Assembly (NCBI GenBank): GCA_905480095.1
Contig: CAJQPF010000034.1
Location: 2,694 to 66,693, forward strand
Length of the DNA: 64,000 nt
DNA from: an uncultured Flavobacteriales bacterium
Lineage (GTDB): Bacteria; Bacteroidota; Bacteroidia; Flavobacteriales_D; Sanyastnellaceae
Direction: 5' to 3'
In this document: in pieces, positions 28,008 to 39,162 of the stretch
Position numbering within the stretch: the stretch's first letter is position 1
Layout of the letters: every line of letters starts with the position of its first letter
The notes under the pieces: generated by a model
What the model was told of the DNA's origin: nothing
The model's database searches: none
What the model saw: only the letters and a program-made list of their open reading frames with translations
Made by a program: the position numbers and the translations under genes

Positions 28008-30782
28008 TTATTCAACTGTAAGACCTTTTCCACCTACCAAATGCAAGGTACCTGATATTTTCTCAGGAACGATGCCTTCCAAACGTCGCGTATAGACGAC
28101 AACTGTGTAGTAATAGACGCCGTCAGGCATAAGTTCACCCGTCTCGAAGTGAGTGCCATCCCAATTGACGTTAGGGTCAAGCGTATAAAACACAGGGACA
28201 CCCCATCTGTTATTGATGACAAAATCTACACTGTCAACAAACTTCCAAGGGAATGCCTGAAAGAGATCGTTCATGTTGTCTTGATTCGGAGAAAACACAT
28301 TCGGCAGAAAATAAAACGGACAATTGTCGACACATTCAATGTTAGAAAACGCACTCTCATTCCGTCGATATTCACCATCAGGTCCGATGTTTAAACTATC
28401 CAATGCTGTCACAGCAAAACACCCCGCAATACTTCCCTCCTCTCCTTCTTCATTAAATATAAAAGAAGTGTCCAATGGGACCACGCCATCATTGTCAAAA
28501 AACGCATAAGGCTTTAGTGAATCGCCTTCGAAAGGAGCCCAGTACAAGATATACCCCATTACATCATCTGCACAGCCATCAGTCTCTTGCCAAGAGATCA
28601 AATCAATCTCTTGAGGGCAGTCTGGATCTACTTGTAAAACAGGCGGACAGGGAGGTGTAAAATCATAGGGGGTGGCACAAACGATTTGAGCAGCATTACG
28701 CAGAGGTGTTTCTATACCTGAAGCATCATAATTTCCCTCGGAAACAACCCTATAACAATACTCTAACCCATTAACCAAGCCCACATCTTCATATAAAAAT
28801 GATTGATTCATTGGGAAAGCTTGCCCCCCTCCCGGCGCCACAACACCGGGTATATCAACACCAACCCTAACCGTGTCAAGTGGAAAAAAGTCCAGTTCTA
28901 AAGGGCCTTTGCGTGCCAAATAGAATATTGTATTCGACCACGGCACGGTCGCCTTAAGTTGCAGTTCAATTCTATTGTCGTTCGGGGTGAGCGTCAAGAA
29001 TGGTGTTTGGGCTGGGATACTCACACCAATCATTTGGTCTCCAGCAATGGTTCCTGACCACGCCTCTACCTTATACGTACTCACTTCAGTTTCTGTATCT
29101 ACTTGAACATGAACAAACGTCGTATCTAAAGCGAATATATCCAAGGGGGAAGTTTCCGAGGGTCCAATTGTTGAGACTTCAATAGATTCACCAGAGCCAT
29201 TAATATGAAATACCTTATAATAATACGGCCCTGGAAAAGCCACGGTGTCCATTTCTGTAGGAGGTGACCAACCCACGTTCACGACACCTTCGACAGCATC
29301 TGTCACCACAACGTCAGCATGTGTCATCACAGGCACATCTTTTACGATGGTTGCACATACATCGTCACTTGCAAGTGACTCAGAACCATCCTGAAATCTC
29401 ATCACGATCCGATAACAGTAGGTCGCTCCGAAACTCAACATATCTTCATCCACATAGCTTGTTTCGTCAAGATCAGGCAAACTGGCCACAAGTTCATATC
29501 CCAATTCATCAGGAACACCTGTTTCACAGACAGTCGGACTCCACGCATCAGGATCAAGTTTCCTATAGATGTCGTGATACCCAGCATCCAATTGCCAACT
29601 TTCTAGATTATCACTACATTCTCCACCAGTCCATCCAAGAAGGACTGTATTCCCTATTGCTTCAGCAATGACATTTTCTACTGGCGGAGCCACAACTCTA
29701 ACATATGCCGTAGAAATATCTGTCAAAGGAACTGCAGTGCCTTGATCGGTGGCTTTGAAAATGATTTGGTAAGGTGAAAGTCGAACTTCAGCACAGCTTG
29801 GCGCCCAAGCGAATTCACCTATGCCTCCTCCCAAATTGGTAAACACTGCTGGATGATTCACTTCACTGATAGGTCCACCGACGGCATTTAAAGTAAGGTT
29901 ATTTCCATCGGGATCAGAAGCGTTAATAAACCACGTCAAGAAAGATCCTGCGACAATACATGTATCCGTCTGTTCTGAAATCTCTGGTGGCTGATTTGCA
30001 CAAACTTGTACATCAATCTGCATATCTCTCACGACTTCGCCCACTTTGCGTAACGCTCCCGCAACTTCTCTCCATTCCTCTACTCGAATTGCAATATTGT
30101 ATTCACCCACGAGTTGAGGACTGTTCCAAGTCACATCACCCGTCAACGCGTCTATCGCAAACATGTCATCGTTGTTACTTACTTCGTCAGGATAGATGTA
30201 GGTAGGGATGGGGTCACCATTAAAACCTCTACATGGCACCAAGCTGAATGTCAGTAGATCGCCATCTTCATCAAACGCTGCTGGGTTATGAACCCAATCT
30301 CTATTTAGGCAAGCATTTTCTGTTGCTGGATTTAAAAGTTGCACGCTGTTGTTGTGACCAGCCTCAGGATCAATGATAAGCACTGACCTAATGGAAAAAG
30401 GCGTGTCAACTGACCCAATCATATTAAGAACACCCTCATTTCTGTTGGGATCTTCCACCTTAAGTTCAAATAAACCTGGCCCTCCGTATGTATGCGTACC
30501 TGTGTATGTATTCACTTGAATATCTCCTATAAGGATATTGATGGACTGTCTATTAAGTGAGTCATATGCCAAACCATTTTCATCTCCCCACCTCAAATAC
30601 AACACGGGCCTGTCAGCAAAAGCAGAAGCCTTGGTATAGGTGGTGACTAATACCTCATACGTTAACCCTTCAAGATGACTGTAGGTTATTTCGCCCGCTC
30701 TGTTGTGCGTAGCGTTCGCAGTCAAGGCGAAAAACATGACGCCAACTGAAAGAAAAAACGTCTTTAATAGGTGGATAAACAT
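28008..30782 (-). CDS. Large secreted surface protein with type-B T9SS C-terminal sorting domain (gliding-motility-associated CTD)
   Basis: Signal peptide and repeated Ig/FN3/cadherin-like beta modules. C-terminus FLPNVFSPNQDNMNDLF...WDG...GVYYYTV matches the TIGR04131-type CTD. Confidence 0.8.
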   Translation of the reverse strand: MFIHLLKTFFLSVGVMFFALTANATHNRAGEITYSHLEGLTYEVLVTTYTKASAFADRPVLYLRWGDENGLAYDSLNRQSINILIGDIQVNTYTGTHTYGGPGLFELKVEDPNRNEGVLNMIGSVDTPFSIRSVLIIDPEAGHNNSVQLLNPATENACLNRDWVHNPAAFDEDGDLLTFSLVPCRGFNGDPIPTYIYPDEVSNNDDMFAIDALTGDVTWNSPQLVGEYNIAIRVEEWREVAGALRKVGEVVRDMQIDVQVCANQPPEISEQTDTCIVAGSFLTWFINASDPDGNNLTLNAVGGPISEVNHPAVFTNLGGGIGEFAWAPSCAEVRLSPYQIIFKATDQGTAVPLTDISTAYVRVVAPPVENVIAEAIGNTVLLGWTGGECSDNLESWQLDAGYHDIYRKLDPDAWSPTVCETGVPDELGYELVASLPDLDETSYVDEDMLSFGATYCYRIVMRFQDGSESLASDDVCATIVKDVPVMTHADVVVTDAVEGVVNVGWSPPTEMDTVAFPGPYYYKVFHINGSGESIEVSTIGPSETSPLDIFALDTTFVHVQVDTETEVSTYKVEAWSGTIAGDQMIGVSIPAQTPFLTLTPNDNRIELQLKATVPWSNTIFYLARKGPLELDFFPLDTVRVGVDIPGVVAPGGGQAFPMNQSFLYEDVGLVNGLEYCYRVVSEGNYDASGIETPLRNAAQIVCATPYDFTPPCPPVLQVDPDCPQEIDLISWQETDGCADDVMGYILYWAPFEGDSLKPYAFFDNDGVVPLDTSFIFNEEGEEGSIAGCFAVTALDSLNIGPDGEYRRNESAFSNIECVDNCPFYFLPNVFSPNQDNMNDLFQAFPWKFVDSVDFVINNRWGVPVFYTLDPNVNWDGTHFETGELMPDGVYYYTVVVYTRRLEGIVPEKISGTLHLVGGKGLTVE

Positions 30783-30862
30783 AGACGACTAAGTTACATC
30801 ACGACTGTGGCACGAACGCGAGGTTTTGATGGCTACCTTTGAGATTCATAAAACGACAACTT

Positions 30863-31918
30863 ATGCGAATAGGACTTACTTCAGGCGACCCAAATGGAAT
30901 AGGTATTGAAACCATTTTAAACGTTTTTTCGGACGATAGAATGTTGATCGGTATTACGCCAGTTTTATACGCTTCTCCCGATCTTATTTCTAAAAATCTT
31001 GAGGCTATAGGATTAAAAGATCTGAACTGGAGTGAAGTCGACTCCGCCGAAAACGCGAAACAAGGACAGCTTAATATATGCAATATATCTGTTGAGAACT
31101 ACAGTCACCGACCTGGTGTATTGACTTCAGAGGCTGGACACTATGCTTATCAATCACTTGAGTGCGCCGTTGAAGACCTTGCATCAAGCAAGGTCGATGT
31201 ACTTGTGACAGCGCCGATTAACAAAGAAGCCATAACGCAATCTGGATTTAAATTTCCAGGTCACACTGAGTATTTGGCCCACATGGCAAACGCTGAGGAT
31301 GTATTAATGTTTCTCGTCGCAGAAAACCTTCGCATAGGAATTGTTACAGGGCATATCGCACTCAAGGATGTTGCATCCACGCTCACTGCAAAAGGCATCA
31401 AAAGCAAACTAAATCTGATGCACGAATCACTCGCGCGAGATTTTGGATGTGTGACTCCGAGAATAGCTGTTTTGGGACTCAATCCACATGCAGGAGACAA
31501 TGGACTGATGGGAAATGAAGAGCAAAACATGATCTCACCTGTCATTAAAGAAGCGAAGACTTCTGGCATGAACGTTTTCGGACCTTTTGCAGCGGATGGG
31601 TTTTTCGGCTCAGGCGCCCACAAAGATTTTGATGGGGTTCTTGCGATGTATCACGATCAAGGACTGGCGCCTTTCAAAGCGATGAGTTTCGGCAGAGGCG
31701 TAAACTTTACTGCAGGCCTACCCATTGTCAGAACCAGCCCAGATCATGGGACAGGTTTTGATATTGCAGGCAAAGGCACAGCATCTCCAGACTCGATGCG
31801 AACAGCAATATTTCTGGCTCAGGATATTCATAAAAGCAGACTTGAGCACAAACAATTAACGTCAAATCCACTAGAAATCGCACCCCCTAAACGCGATTAT
31901 CGAGACTCTAGACGTTAA
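30863..31918 (+). CDS. pdxA: 4-hydroxythreonine-4-phosphate dehydrogenase
   Basis: MRIGLTSGDPNGIGIE start, GHTEYLA, NPHAGDNG and SPDHGT motifs. The track start at 30839 is probably too long. Confidence 0.9.
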   Translation: MRIGLTSGDPNGIGIETILNVFSDDRMLIGITPVLYASPDLISKNLEAIGLKDLNWSEVDSAENAKQGQLNICNISVENYSHRPGVLTSEAGHYAYQSLECAVEDLASSKVDVLVTAPINKEAITQSGFKFPGHTEYLAHMANAEDVLMFLVAENLRIGIVTGHIALKDVASTLTAKGIKSKLNLMHESLARDFGCVTPRIAVLGLNPHAGDNGLMGNEEQNMISPVIKEAKTSGMNVFGPFAADGFFGSGAHKDFDGVLAMYHDQGLAPFKAMSFGRGVNFTAGLPIVRTSPDHGTGFDIAGKGTASPDSMRTAIFLAQDIHKSRLEHKQLTSNPLEIAPPKRDYRDSRR

Positions 31919-31983
31919 TTATAGAAAATTATTGGGAAGCAGCTATCTATACACTATCTTTGCCGTCCCGAAATTTGGACGGA

Positions 31984-32487
31984 ATGAATCCCTTGGCAAA
32001 CTATAAAATCCCATTTATGGGTCTTAAGCCTGGTAATCACGAATTCCGAATGGACGTGGATCCTGAGTTCTTTGCTTGCTTCCCTGAATCAGAAATCCAG
32101 AGTGCCCAAGGCATTGTGGATATAGTGTTAGAGTATTCGGTCACTACCATGACCTTGCGCCTTTCACTCGATCTCACATGGAAGGTGCCTTGTGGACGTT
32201 GTCTCGAGGAACTTTCCTATCCGCTTCAACACGAAGAGCAAATTGCAATTCGATATGGAGAGGAAACAGAGTATTCTGACGCGTTGTGGATACTGGGTAA
32301 AAATGAGTTTGAATTAGATATAAGCCAAACCATTTATGAGATGGCTCATGTCTCTCGACCTACAAACCGAGTTCATGAAAATGAATCCGATTGCGATCCA
32401 AATATGCTCGGTTACACGATGAATGATTCAGAAGTAGAAAGTAAAAAACAAACGGACCCTCGTTGGGACGCATTGAAGAAATTGTAA
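31984..32487 (+). CDS. YceD/DUF177 family protein
   Basis: Sits immediately upstream of rpmF. G.H.F...D..FF N-terminal pattern, CGRC motif and an acidic tail. ATG at 31984 is preferred over the track TTG. Confidence 0.8.
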   Translation: MNPLANYKIPFMGLKPGNHEFRMDVDPEFFACFPESEIQSAQGIVDIVLEYSVTTMTLRLSLDLTWKVPCGRCLEELSYPLQHEEQIAIRYGEETEYSDALWILGKNEFELDISQTIYEMAHVSRPTNRVHENESDCDPNMLGYTMNDSEVESKKQTDPRWDALKKL

Positions 32488-32497
32488 TAACACCGAA

Positions 32498-32686
32498 ATG
32501 GCACATCCAAAAAACCGGCAGAGTAGTACGCGTACACGTAAACGTCGTACGCACTACAAGGCAACAGCACCTAACGTAAGCACCTGCCCTACAACTGGTC
32601 AACCACATATGTTTCATCGTGCCCACTGGCACGAAGGAAAGCTTTACTATAAAGGTAAAGTTGTGATGGAACGCGAAGAAGCGTAA
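32498..32686 (+). CDS. rpmF: 50S ribosomal protein L32
   Basis: 62 aa. [21 protein letters not shown] is a typical L32 N-terminus. Confidence 0.95.
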   Translation: MAHPKNRQSSTRTRKRRTHYKATAPNVSTCPTTGQPHMFHRAHWHEGKLYYKGKVVMEREEA

Positions 32687-32726
32687 TCTTTATTGGGGCT
32701 AACGATTGTTTATTCTCTTACGAATT

Positions 32727-32750
32727 GAAGGGGGCTTCTGCCCCCTTTTT
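32727..32750 (+). terminator. Rho-independent terminator after rpmF
   Basis: GAAGGGGGC-TTCT-GCCCCCTTT hairpin (8-9 bp GC-rich stem, tetraloop) running into a T tract, 40 nt past the rpmF stop. Confidence 0.7.
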
Positions 32751-32840
32751 CTATTTCCTCGTGTTTTCTTTACTCATGGTTATCCACCAAACGACGTTAA
32801 GACTCCTGACAAATTCATTAAAGCGTACGAGATAGCCCTA

Positions 32841-32848
32841 TAACTTTG
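32841..32848 (+). promoter_or_regulatory. Candidate Bacteroidota -7 promoter box (TAACTTTG) for fabH
   Basis: Matches TAnnTTTG, 19 nt upstream of the fabH ATG at 32867. It overlaps the TTG used as the ORF-track start. Confidence 0.35.
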
Positions 32849-32866
32849 GCCCACAATTATAATTTC

Positions 32867-33859
32867 ATGCGAGCAGCAATTACATCTGTAGCGGGGTACG
32901 TCCCCGAGGATACTCTTACAAATGAAGATCTATCAAAAATGGTCGATACAAACGACGAGTGGATAAAATCTCGTACGGGTATCTCGAAACGTCACATCCT
33001 TAAGGACCCTACAAAAGCATCCTCATTTATGGGGGCTGAAGCCGTGAAGGAACTTTGTAAAAAACGAGGCATTGACCCGACTGAAATCGATGTCATCATT
33101 ACGGCAACCGTGACGCCTGACATGCTTTTCCCTTCAACAGCAAATTTAATAGCTCAAAAAGTTGGCGCGACAAAAGCATGGGGATTCGATTTAAGTGCCG
33201 CGTGCTCAGGGTTCCTATTTGCCCTGACCACAGGCACACAATTTATTGAAAATGGGACTTACAAGAAAGTCGTCATTGTAGGAGCGGATAAAATGAGCTC
33301 TATCGTGGACTATACAGATCGCACCACTTGTGTTTTGTTCGGTGACGGTGCTGGCGCCGTCTTGTTAGAGCCAAGTGAAGATGATGATGGAATTATTGAC
33401 CACATCCATTACTGCGATGGAGAAGGGGCCGATTCTCTTCGTCAAGCAGCTGGTGGGTCATTGAATCCTGCATCACATGAAACCGTGGACAAGAAAATGC
33501 ATTTCTTATACCAAGATGGAAAACCCGTGTTCAAAGCCGCAGTGACAGGAATGGCTGATGTGAGTTATGAGATTATGGAGCGCAACGGACTTGCCGGAGA
33601 TGATGTGGCATGGCTCGTACCTCACCAAGCAAATCTTCGAATTATAGATGCTACACAAAGGCGTATGGGAGTGGATAAAGAGAAAGTAATGATCAATATC
33701 CAGAACTACGGAAACACAACTGCAGCAACAATTCCATTGTGCCTTAGAGATTGGGAGTCCCAATTAAAAAAAGGGGACAATCTTATTTTGGCAGCATTTG
33801 GAGGTGGCTTCACGTGGGGGTCTATTTATTTGAAATGGGCTTACAACGCTAAATCTTAA
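32867..33859 (+). CDS. fabH: Beta-ketoacyl-ACP synthase III
   Basis: Active-site Cys (AACSGF), HQANLRI and GNTTAATIP motifs. Confidence 0.9.
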   Translation: MRAAITSVAGYVPEDTLTNEDLSKMVDTNDEWIKSRTGISKRHILKDPTKASSFMGAEAVKELCKKRGIDPTEIDVIITATVTPDMLFPSTANLIAQKVGATKAWGFDLSAACSGFLFALTTGTQFIENGTYKKVVIVGADKMSSIVDYTDRTTCVLFGDGAGAVLLEPSEDDDGIIDHIHYCDGEGADSLRQAAGGSLNPASHETVDKKMHFLYQDGKPVFKAAVTGMADVSYEIMERNGLAGDDVAWLVPHQANLRIIDATQRRMGVDKEKVMINIQNYGNTTAATIPLCLRDWESQLKKGDNLILAAFGGGFTWGSIYLKWAYNAKS

Positions 33860-33899
33860 CTTCCAAGTATTACCTTTCGGACCTGAAAATCATGATATC

Positions 33900-34421
33900 A
33901 TGAAACTAACTGAAATTCAAGACCTCATCAAGTTCATCGCAAAAACCGGTGTAACTGAGGTTGAAATAGAACAAAAGGACTTTAAAATAAACATAAAGTC
34001 AGAGATGCCTAAAGGGCGAAGAAGAGCAAGTGAAGACATCGCTGTTAAGACCATTCACGTCCCTCAAGAACCCACGGAACAAATACCGGTAGCTGTCGTG
34101 GCACCACCTTCTCCTACAGTCGTCACAAAAGATCCTGTTGAAGCAACAGCGGCAAACGCCGCAGTGGAAGACACATCCCATCTCATTGAAGTCAAGTCAC
34201 CCATGATCGGCACCTTTTATCGTCGGCCAAGCCCAGACAAAGACCCTTTTAAAGATGTGGGAGACAGAATTAAAGAGGGGGACGTGGTGTGCGTCATAGA
34301 AGCGATGAAGCTATTCAACGAAATCGAGTCTGAAGTCACAGGTAAAATTGTTAAGTTCCTTGTAGAGGATAACAATCCTGTGGAATACGACCAGCCTTTA
34401 TTTATCGTCGACCCTACTTGA
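33900..34421 (+). CDS. accB: Acetyl-CoA carboxylase biotin carboxyl carrier protein
   Basis: Pro/Ala-rich linker and biotinyl-lysine motif [10 protein letters not shown]. Confidence 0.9.
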   Translation: MKLTEIQDLIKFIAKTGVTEVEIEQKDFKINIKSEMPKGRRRASEDIAVKTIHVPQEPTEQIPVAVVAPPSPTVVTKDPVEATAANAAVEDTSHLIEVKSPMIGTFYRRPSPDKDPFKDVGDRIKEGDVVCVIEAMKLFNEIESEVTGKIVKFLVEDNNPVEYDQPLFIVDPT

Positions 34422-34443
34422 TTTAACCCTTAAACTCAAAGTC

Positions 34444-35778
34444 ATGTTTAAGAAAATCCTCATTGCAAATAGAGGCGAAATCGCATTACGCGTGATTCGC
34501 ACATGCAGAGAAATGGGCATCGCTACCGTAGCCGTCTATTCTACTGCTGACAAAGACAGCCTGCCCGTAAGGTTTGCTGATGAAGCCGTTTGTATCGGGC
34601 CTCCGAAAAGTTCAGAGAGTTACCTAGATATACCAAACATCATTGCTGCCGCAGAAATTACCAATGCAGATGCCATCCATCCAGGGTATGGATTTCTCTC
34701 CGAAAATTCCGCTTTCTCTAGAATTTGTAGAGAAAATGACATCAAATTTATAGGAGCAAGCCCTGAGATGATTGATTCTATGGGAGATAAGGCCGCTGCA
34801 AAGAACACAATGAAAAATGCAGGCGTGCCCACCATTCCAGGCTCTGAAGGCATTCTTCAAACCTATGAAGAGGCTGAAAAATGTGCAAATGACATGGGGT
34901 ATCCCATCATGATCAAAGCAACTGCAGGAGGGGGTGGCAAGGGCATGGCAATGTGCAATAATAATGAAGAGCTTGCTTATGCTTGGGAAAACACAAGGCG
35001 AGAAGCTGCTGCTGCATTTGGTAACGATGCAATGTATATGGAGAAGTTCATCGTCGAGCCGCGTCACATAGAGATACAAATTGCTTCTGACTACCGTGGC
35101 AAGGCCTGTCACTTGTCTGAACGTGATTGTTCGATACAGCGTCGACATCAAAAACTAGTTGAAGAAACGCCTTCTCCATTTATCACAAATAAACTGCGTG
35201 AAAAAATGGGAGAAGCTGCTGTAAGAGCTGCTGAAGCTGTGAAATATGAAGGTGTGGGGACTGTTGAATTTCTTGTTGATGCAAACCGGGATTTCTACTT
35301 TATGGAGATGAATACGCGGATTCAAGTCGAACATACGATCACAGAGGAAGTCATCAATTACGACCTCGTCAAAGAGCAGATTAAGCTTGCGGCGAGAGAG
35401 AAAATTAGTGGGCGCAATCATTTTCCTGCGATGCATGCCATCCAGTGTCGAATTAACGCTGAGGATCCGGACCGTAACTTTGCCCCTTGCCCTGGAACGA
35501 TCACACATTACAATCAACCTGGAGGCCATGGTGTACGATTGGACACTCATGTTTACGCTGGTTACCGCATCCCTCCTTACTATGACAGCATGATTGCGAA
35601 ACTTATCGTGGTGGCCCAAACCCGTGAGGAAGCGATCACAAAAATGGAACGTGCACTTGATGAATACATCATTGAAGGTATCAAGACCACGATCCCATTC
35701 CATCAGCGTTTGATGAAAAATGAAAAATTTCGTGCTGGAAACTTCACGACCAAGTTTCTGGAAGAGGAAGAAATCTAA
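34444..35778 (+). CDS. accC: Acetyl-CoA carboxylase biotin carboxylase subunit
   Basis: [18 protein letters not shown]-grasp GGGGKGM and [14 protein letters not shown] motifs. Confidence 0.95.
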   Translation: MFKKILIANRGEIALRVIRTCREMGIATVAVYSTADKDSLPVRFADEAVCIGPPKSSESYLDIPNIIAAAEITNADAIHPGYGFLSENSAFSRICRENDIKFIGASPEMIDSMGDKAAAKNTMKNAGVPTIPGSEGILQTYEEAEKCANDMGYPIMIKATAGGGGKGMAMCNNNEELAYAWENTRREAAAAFGNDAMYMEKFIVEPRHIEIQIASDYRGKACHLSERDCSIQRRHQKLVEETPSPFITNKLREKMGEAAVRAAEAVKYEGVGTVEFLVDANRDFYFMEMNTRIQVEHTITEEVINYDLVKEQIKLAAREKISGRNHFPAMHAIQCRINAEDPDRNFAPCPGTITHYNQPGGHGVRLDTHVYAGYRIPPYYDSMIAKLIVVAQTREEAITKMERALDEYIIEGIKTTIPFHQRLMKNEKFRAGNFTTKFLEEEEI

Positions 35779-35779
35779 G

Positions 35780-36268
35780 CTACTTCTTGTTTAGAATTTT
35801 GGTGGTGCTATGTCCAGGCAAGAGTGGTATTGTGTGGACCGTCCCTCCAGCGTTGCGAACTTCGTGCGACCCTACGATATAACGCGCGTGTGTCCGATCT
35901 TCACATGTGGGATCATAGTCGCCGCCCTTAACGAGAACATCAGGTGAGAGCGCCGATATTAATTCTAACGGTGTGTTTTGGGAGAAAACAATGACTGCAT
36001 CAACACACGAAAGGGAAGAAAGAAGTTTTGCTCTGTCCCTTTCGCCATGTATAGGGCGGTCTGGACCTTTGCCAAGTTCACGCACACTGGCGTCAGAATT
36101 AATCCCCACAACCAAGCGAGTTCCATAAGATTTAGCTGATTCCAACGAATGAAGATGACCTACATGGAGCAGATCAAAAACGCCATTTGTAAATACAACA
36201 CGCTCCCCTTCAGAAGCCCATTTGGTTCTTAATTCAATCAATTCAGACAACGTGCAAGGGGACATCAT
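35780..36268 (-). CDS. Stand-alone RfaE domain II-like nucleotidyltransferase (D-beta-D-heptose-1-phosphate adenylyltransferase-like)
   Basis: Cytidylyltransferase fold motif FTNGVFDLLHVGHLHSL, NSDASV and VKGGDY. No kinase domain is attached. Confidence 0.8.
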   Translation of the reverse strand: MMSPCTLSELIELRTKWASEGERVVFTNGVFDLLHVGHLHSLESAKSYGTRLVVGINSDASVRELGKGPDRPIHGERDRAKLLSSLSCVDAVIVFSQNTPLELISALSPDVLVKGGDYDPTCEDRTHARYIVGSHEVRNAGGTVHTIPLLPGHSTTKILNKK

Positions 36269-37251
36269 TCAGGTTTGGACTTCTTCAAAGAAACACGATA
36301 TGCAGCCAAGAAAAAATAGCCTATGGTGCCAACAATAATAATCATTCCTGTTTGGGTCAACCAAACGACATTTCCAACTGAGATGCCTACAAGCTGATCG
36401 TATCCTAACGATTCAAAGCCTAAAGTCACAGCCCATTGATAAGACCCGATGCCTCCTGGCGCAGGAAAAACCATTCCGAACCCTCCTGACACCATCACCC
36501 ATACAGATTCGAAAACACCAATGCCACGCGAACCGTCCATAGAAATGAAAAGCCCATAAGACATCAAGAAGTACATGATCCAAATAAAAAATGTATGCAA
36601 AATGAATGCAATGCGATGCTTCATCAAGAGCACACTTTTAATTCCTTTGCCAATACCTGAAACAAATTCCACGATTTTTTTCTGAATCGGATGATTTGAT
36701 GTCTTGGTGCTTCTTATCATGAATACGATAAGAATGAGTGCAATCACAAAGACAATGATGTAATTCTGAAACCCTGAACTGTCTGGTCGCTTTATTTTAC
36801 CAATTAAACTGATGACGGCATCGTAATTCGTGACAAGAGCAATTGACATAAAGAGAAAGAGCATGATAAGATCTACAACTCTTTCTGTGATGACGGTTCC
36901 TAAAAGTTTGTTTACTGGGATGTCATCTGTGGAATTTAGGGCGGCACAGCGGGCGACTTCACCCGACCTGGGAACAAATGTGTTCGCAAAATACCCAAAA
37001 GCAACAGCACACACTGCTCTGAAGCCTGACGCTTTGTATCCAAGGGGCTCTATCAACAGCAACCATCTGTAACCTCGACTTACTATGGCCAGAAAGCCCA
37101 TCGTAAAAGTCAATGAAATTGCCCAAATTGGGGCCGAAGACATATATTCAAAAAGCTCGGACTTGTCTTCTATCATGTCCATCAGTTTTACAAATAGAAA
37201 GACGCCTATTGCAAAAAATAAAGAAAGAGTGAGCGCTTTTTTCCAATTCAT
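36265..37251 (-). CDS. UPF0104 / flippase-like (MprF transmembrane-region-like) membrane protein
   Basis: 328 aa with about 8 TM helices, a conserved RSGEVAR-type loop (PRSGEVARCAAL) and a PAPGGIG motif near the C-terminus. Confidence 0.7.
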   Translation of the reverse strand: MNWKKALTLSLFFAIGVFLFVKLMDMIEDKSELFEYMSSAPIWAISLTFTMGFLAIVSRGYRWLLLIEPLGYKASGFRAVCAVAFGYFANTFVPRSGEVARCAALNSTDDIPVNKLLGTVITERVVDLIMLFLFMSIALVTNYDAVISLIGKIKRPDSSGFQNYIIVFVIALILIVFMIRSTKTSNHPIQKKIVEFVSGIGKGIKSVLLMKHRIAFILHTFFIWIMYFLMSYGLFISMDGSRGIGVFESVWVMVSGGFGMVFPAPGGIGSYQWAVTLGFESLGYDQLVGISVGNVVWLTQTGMIIIVGTIGYFFLAAYRVSLKKSKPE

Positions 37252-37253
37252 AC

Positions 37254-37604
37254 TTAAAGAATGGTGTTGGTGTCTGTGTCCGGAAAAACAACCGTGGGTG
37301 TGAATGTTTTTGCCTCTTCAAGCGTCATCATTCCATAGGCGATGATAATAATGACGTCCCCAGGCTGACATCGTCGGGCAGCGGGGCCATTGAGGCAAAC
37401 TTGTCCAGTCCCACGTTCTCCTTTAATGGTATAGGTCTCTAATCTCTCACCATTATTGACATTCACAATTTGGACCTTTTCCCCTTCTAGGAGGCCAGCT
37501 GCTTCCATAAGATTGGGGTCAAGAGAGATACTCCCTACATAATTCAAGTCCGCCTCAGTGACTGTGAGTCGGTGTAGTTTTGAGCGCATTACTGTTATAA
37601 GCAT
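37254..37604 (-). CDS. panD: Aspartate 1-decarboxylase
   Basis: [24 protein letters not shown], including the Gly-Ser self-processing site. Confidence 0.95.
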   Translation of the reverse strand: MLITVMRSKLHRLTVTEADLNYVGSISLDPNLMEAAGLLEGEKVQIVNVNNGERLETYTIKGERGTGQVCLNGPAARRCQPGDVIIIIAYGMMTLEEAKTFTPTVVFPDTDTNTIL

Positions 37605-37668
37605 GGTGTAAAAGTATGGATTCTTTGATTGTCGTTGCGTGTGTATTTCGCTAGATTTTAAACACCAT

Positions 37669-39162
37669 CTATAACACTTCCCACCTCAGCTCGACACGTC
37701 TATTGACAGCATGTACTTCAGGGGGACAATCTGAAAATGGCTCTGAAAGATTTGGACAATGTTTCACTGGGAATCTTGCGCCCATACCACGCGTGATGAC
37801 TTGTTCAGAATCTACGCCTTTAGAAATTAACCACTCCTTGAACCAAACTGCTCTTTTTTGACTCAAATTTTCATTTGAATCTGTCGTTCCCGTAACATCT
37901 GCATGGCCTTCTAACACGAGTGCAAACTCCCGAATTTTAACAATAAAATCCTGGGCGTTATCATGCCACCACAATTCCAGTTGATTCGCAGATTGAGATG
38001 TAGGGGTGGATATATTGAGGTCAAAGTAGAGTGTATAGATCGGAGGATAACGAGATGGGAGACCGCTTAAATCATTCAAATCACTCAAGTCAAGATCTTT
38101 GATTGAATCCAGGGGTAAGAAATCCACAGAGAAAACGCCTGATGAATTGATTGCATATGATCTGACAACTTCCCCATCGGCATTCATGATTCGAACAACA
38201 GTTCCTTCAATAACAGGTGAATCAATCGACCCAATTCGCATAGACAAAACCCTGCTTGAGGGCAGCTCATCTAAGGAGATGAACCCTTGAAGATCTGTGG
38301 TATCCTCAAAAATTGTCGCACCACGGTTAAATCCTGATGGTTCTACCCATTTAACTTCCACACCCGAAACTGGATTGCCATCCAAGGTTAATTCAAGATA
38401 GAACCCCGTTGCGAGGGTTTCATTTTTAGCTCTCGACAAGAGATAAACGTCAAAACCTTCTGAATGTGTTCGGTTAGAGCACACATACATCTCGTCATCA
38501 TTCAGAACAACCAAAGAGAGATCGTCAGAGTCAGAATTGATGGGAGAGTCAAGGACTGTTGCGCTTTGCCATTGTAGATGACGGGGCGCAAAAAAGATGT
38601 CAAAGTCAGTCTCATTTCTATTGGATGCAAAATACAATCCACCCTGAATAAATTGAGGATACACTTCGTCAGATGAAGAGTTTAATGAGACTAACGGATA
38701 CGCTTTTGACCAAAGAATCGACGTCTCACCTTTTTGAAATCGAGATGTTGGAAGGGTGGAACTGATAAACAAATCGTAATCTGGAGCCCCAGGGTAAGGG
38801 CGAGCTGAAATCACTGCAAGACCACGTTTCTCATCTATAGACACGTGCTGGATCTCACCAAGTCCGTCCCATGCTTCATCTCGTATTGCGACAATCGACA
38901 CCTTTTCTGGTGGTCCTGGAAGTGCAGGGTTTGATACACGAGGGGACCTCAAATGCACCCCTTCCTGTTTCAGATACACGTATGAAGAATCGACTCCGAA
39001 TGGCACATCATGGCCTGAGGTATTGAGAGGTGAAACAGGAGTTATGGTCCAAGGATTATGTGTCTGAGCGAAAAGAGAGTCAACGCAAATAAAGACGACG
39101 AACAACGTAACAAAGGAAATAAGCAGTGTGTTCCTCATCATTGCATTAGGACTTTCCTTCAT
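37669..39162 (-). CDS. OmpA-family protein with N-terminal TolB-like region
   Basis: Signal peptide. C-terminal OmpA-like peptidoglycan-binding domain ([22 protein letters not shown]...NRRVEL). Confidence 0.8.
   Translation of the reverse strand: MKESPNAMMRNTLLISFVTLFVVFICVDSLFAQTHNPWTITPVSPLNTSGHDVPFGVDSSYVYLKQEGVHLRSPRVSNPALPGPPEKVSIVAIRDEAWDGLGEIQHVSIDEKRGLAVISARPYPGAPDYDLFISSTLPTSRFQKGETSILWSKAYPLVSLNSSSDEVYPQFIQGGLYFASNRNETDFDIFFAPRHLQWQSATVLDSPINSDSDDLSLVVLNDDEMYVCSNRTHSEGFDVYLLSRAKNETLATGFYLELTLDGNPVSGVEVKWVEPSGFNRGATIFEDTTDLQGFISLDELPSSRVLSMRIGSIDSPVIEGTVVRIMNADGEVVRSYAINSSGVFSVDFLPLDSIKDLDLSDLNDLSGLPSRYPPIYTLYFDLNISTPTSQSANQLELWWHDNAQDFIVKIREFALVLEGHADVTGTTDSNENLSQKRAVWFKEWLISKGVDSEQVITRGMGARFPVKHCPNLSEPFSDCPPEVHAVNRRVELRWEVL

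Noticed and set aside
34624-35703. Two long minus-strand ORFs (175 and 182 aa) inside accC.
   Set aside because: accC on the plus strand is unambiguous, so these are antisense ORFs without motifs.
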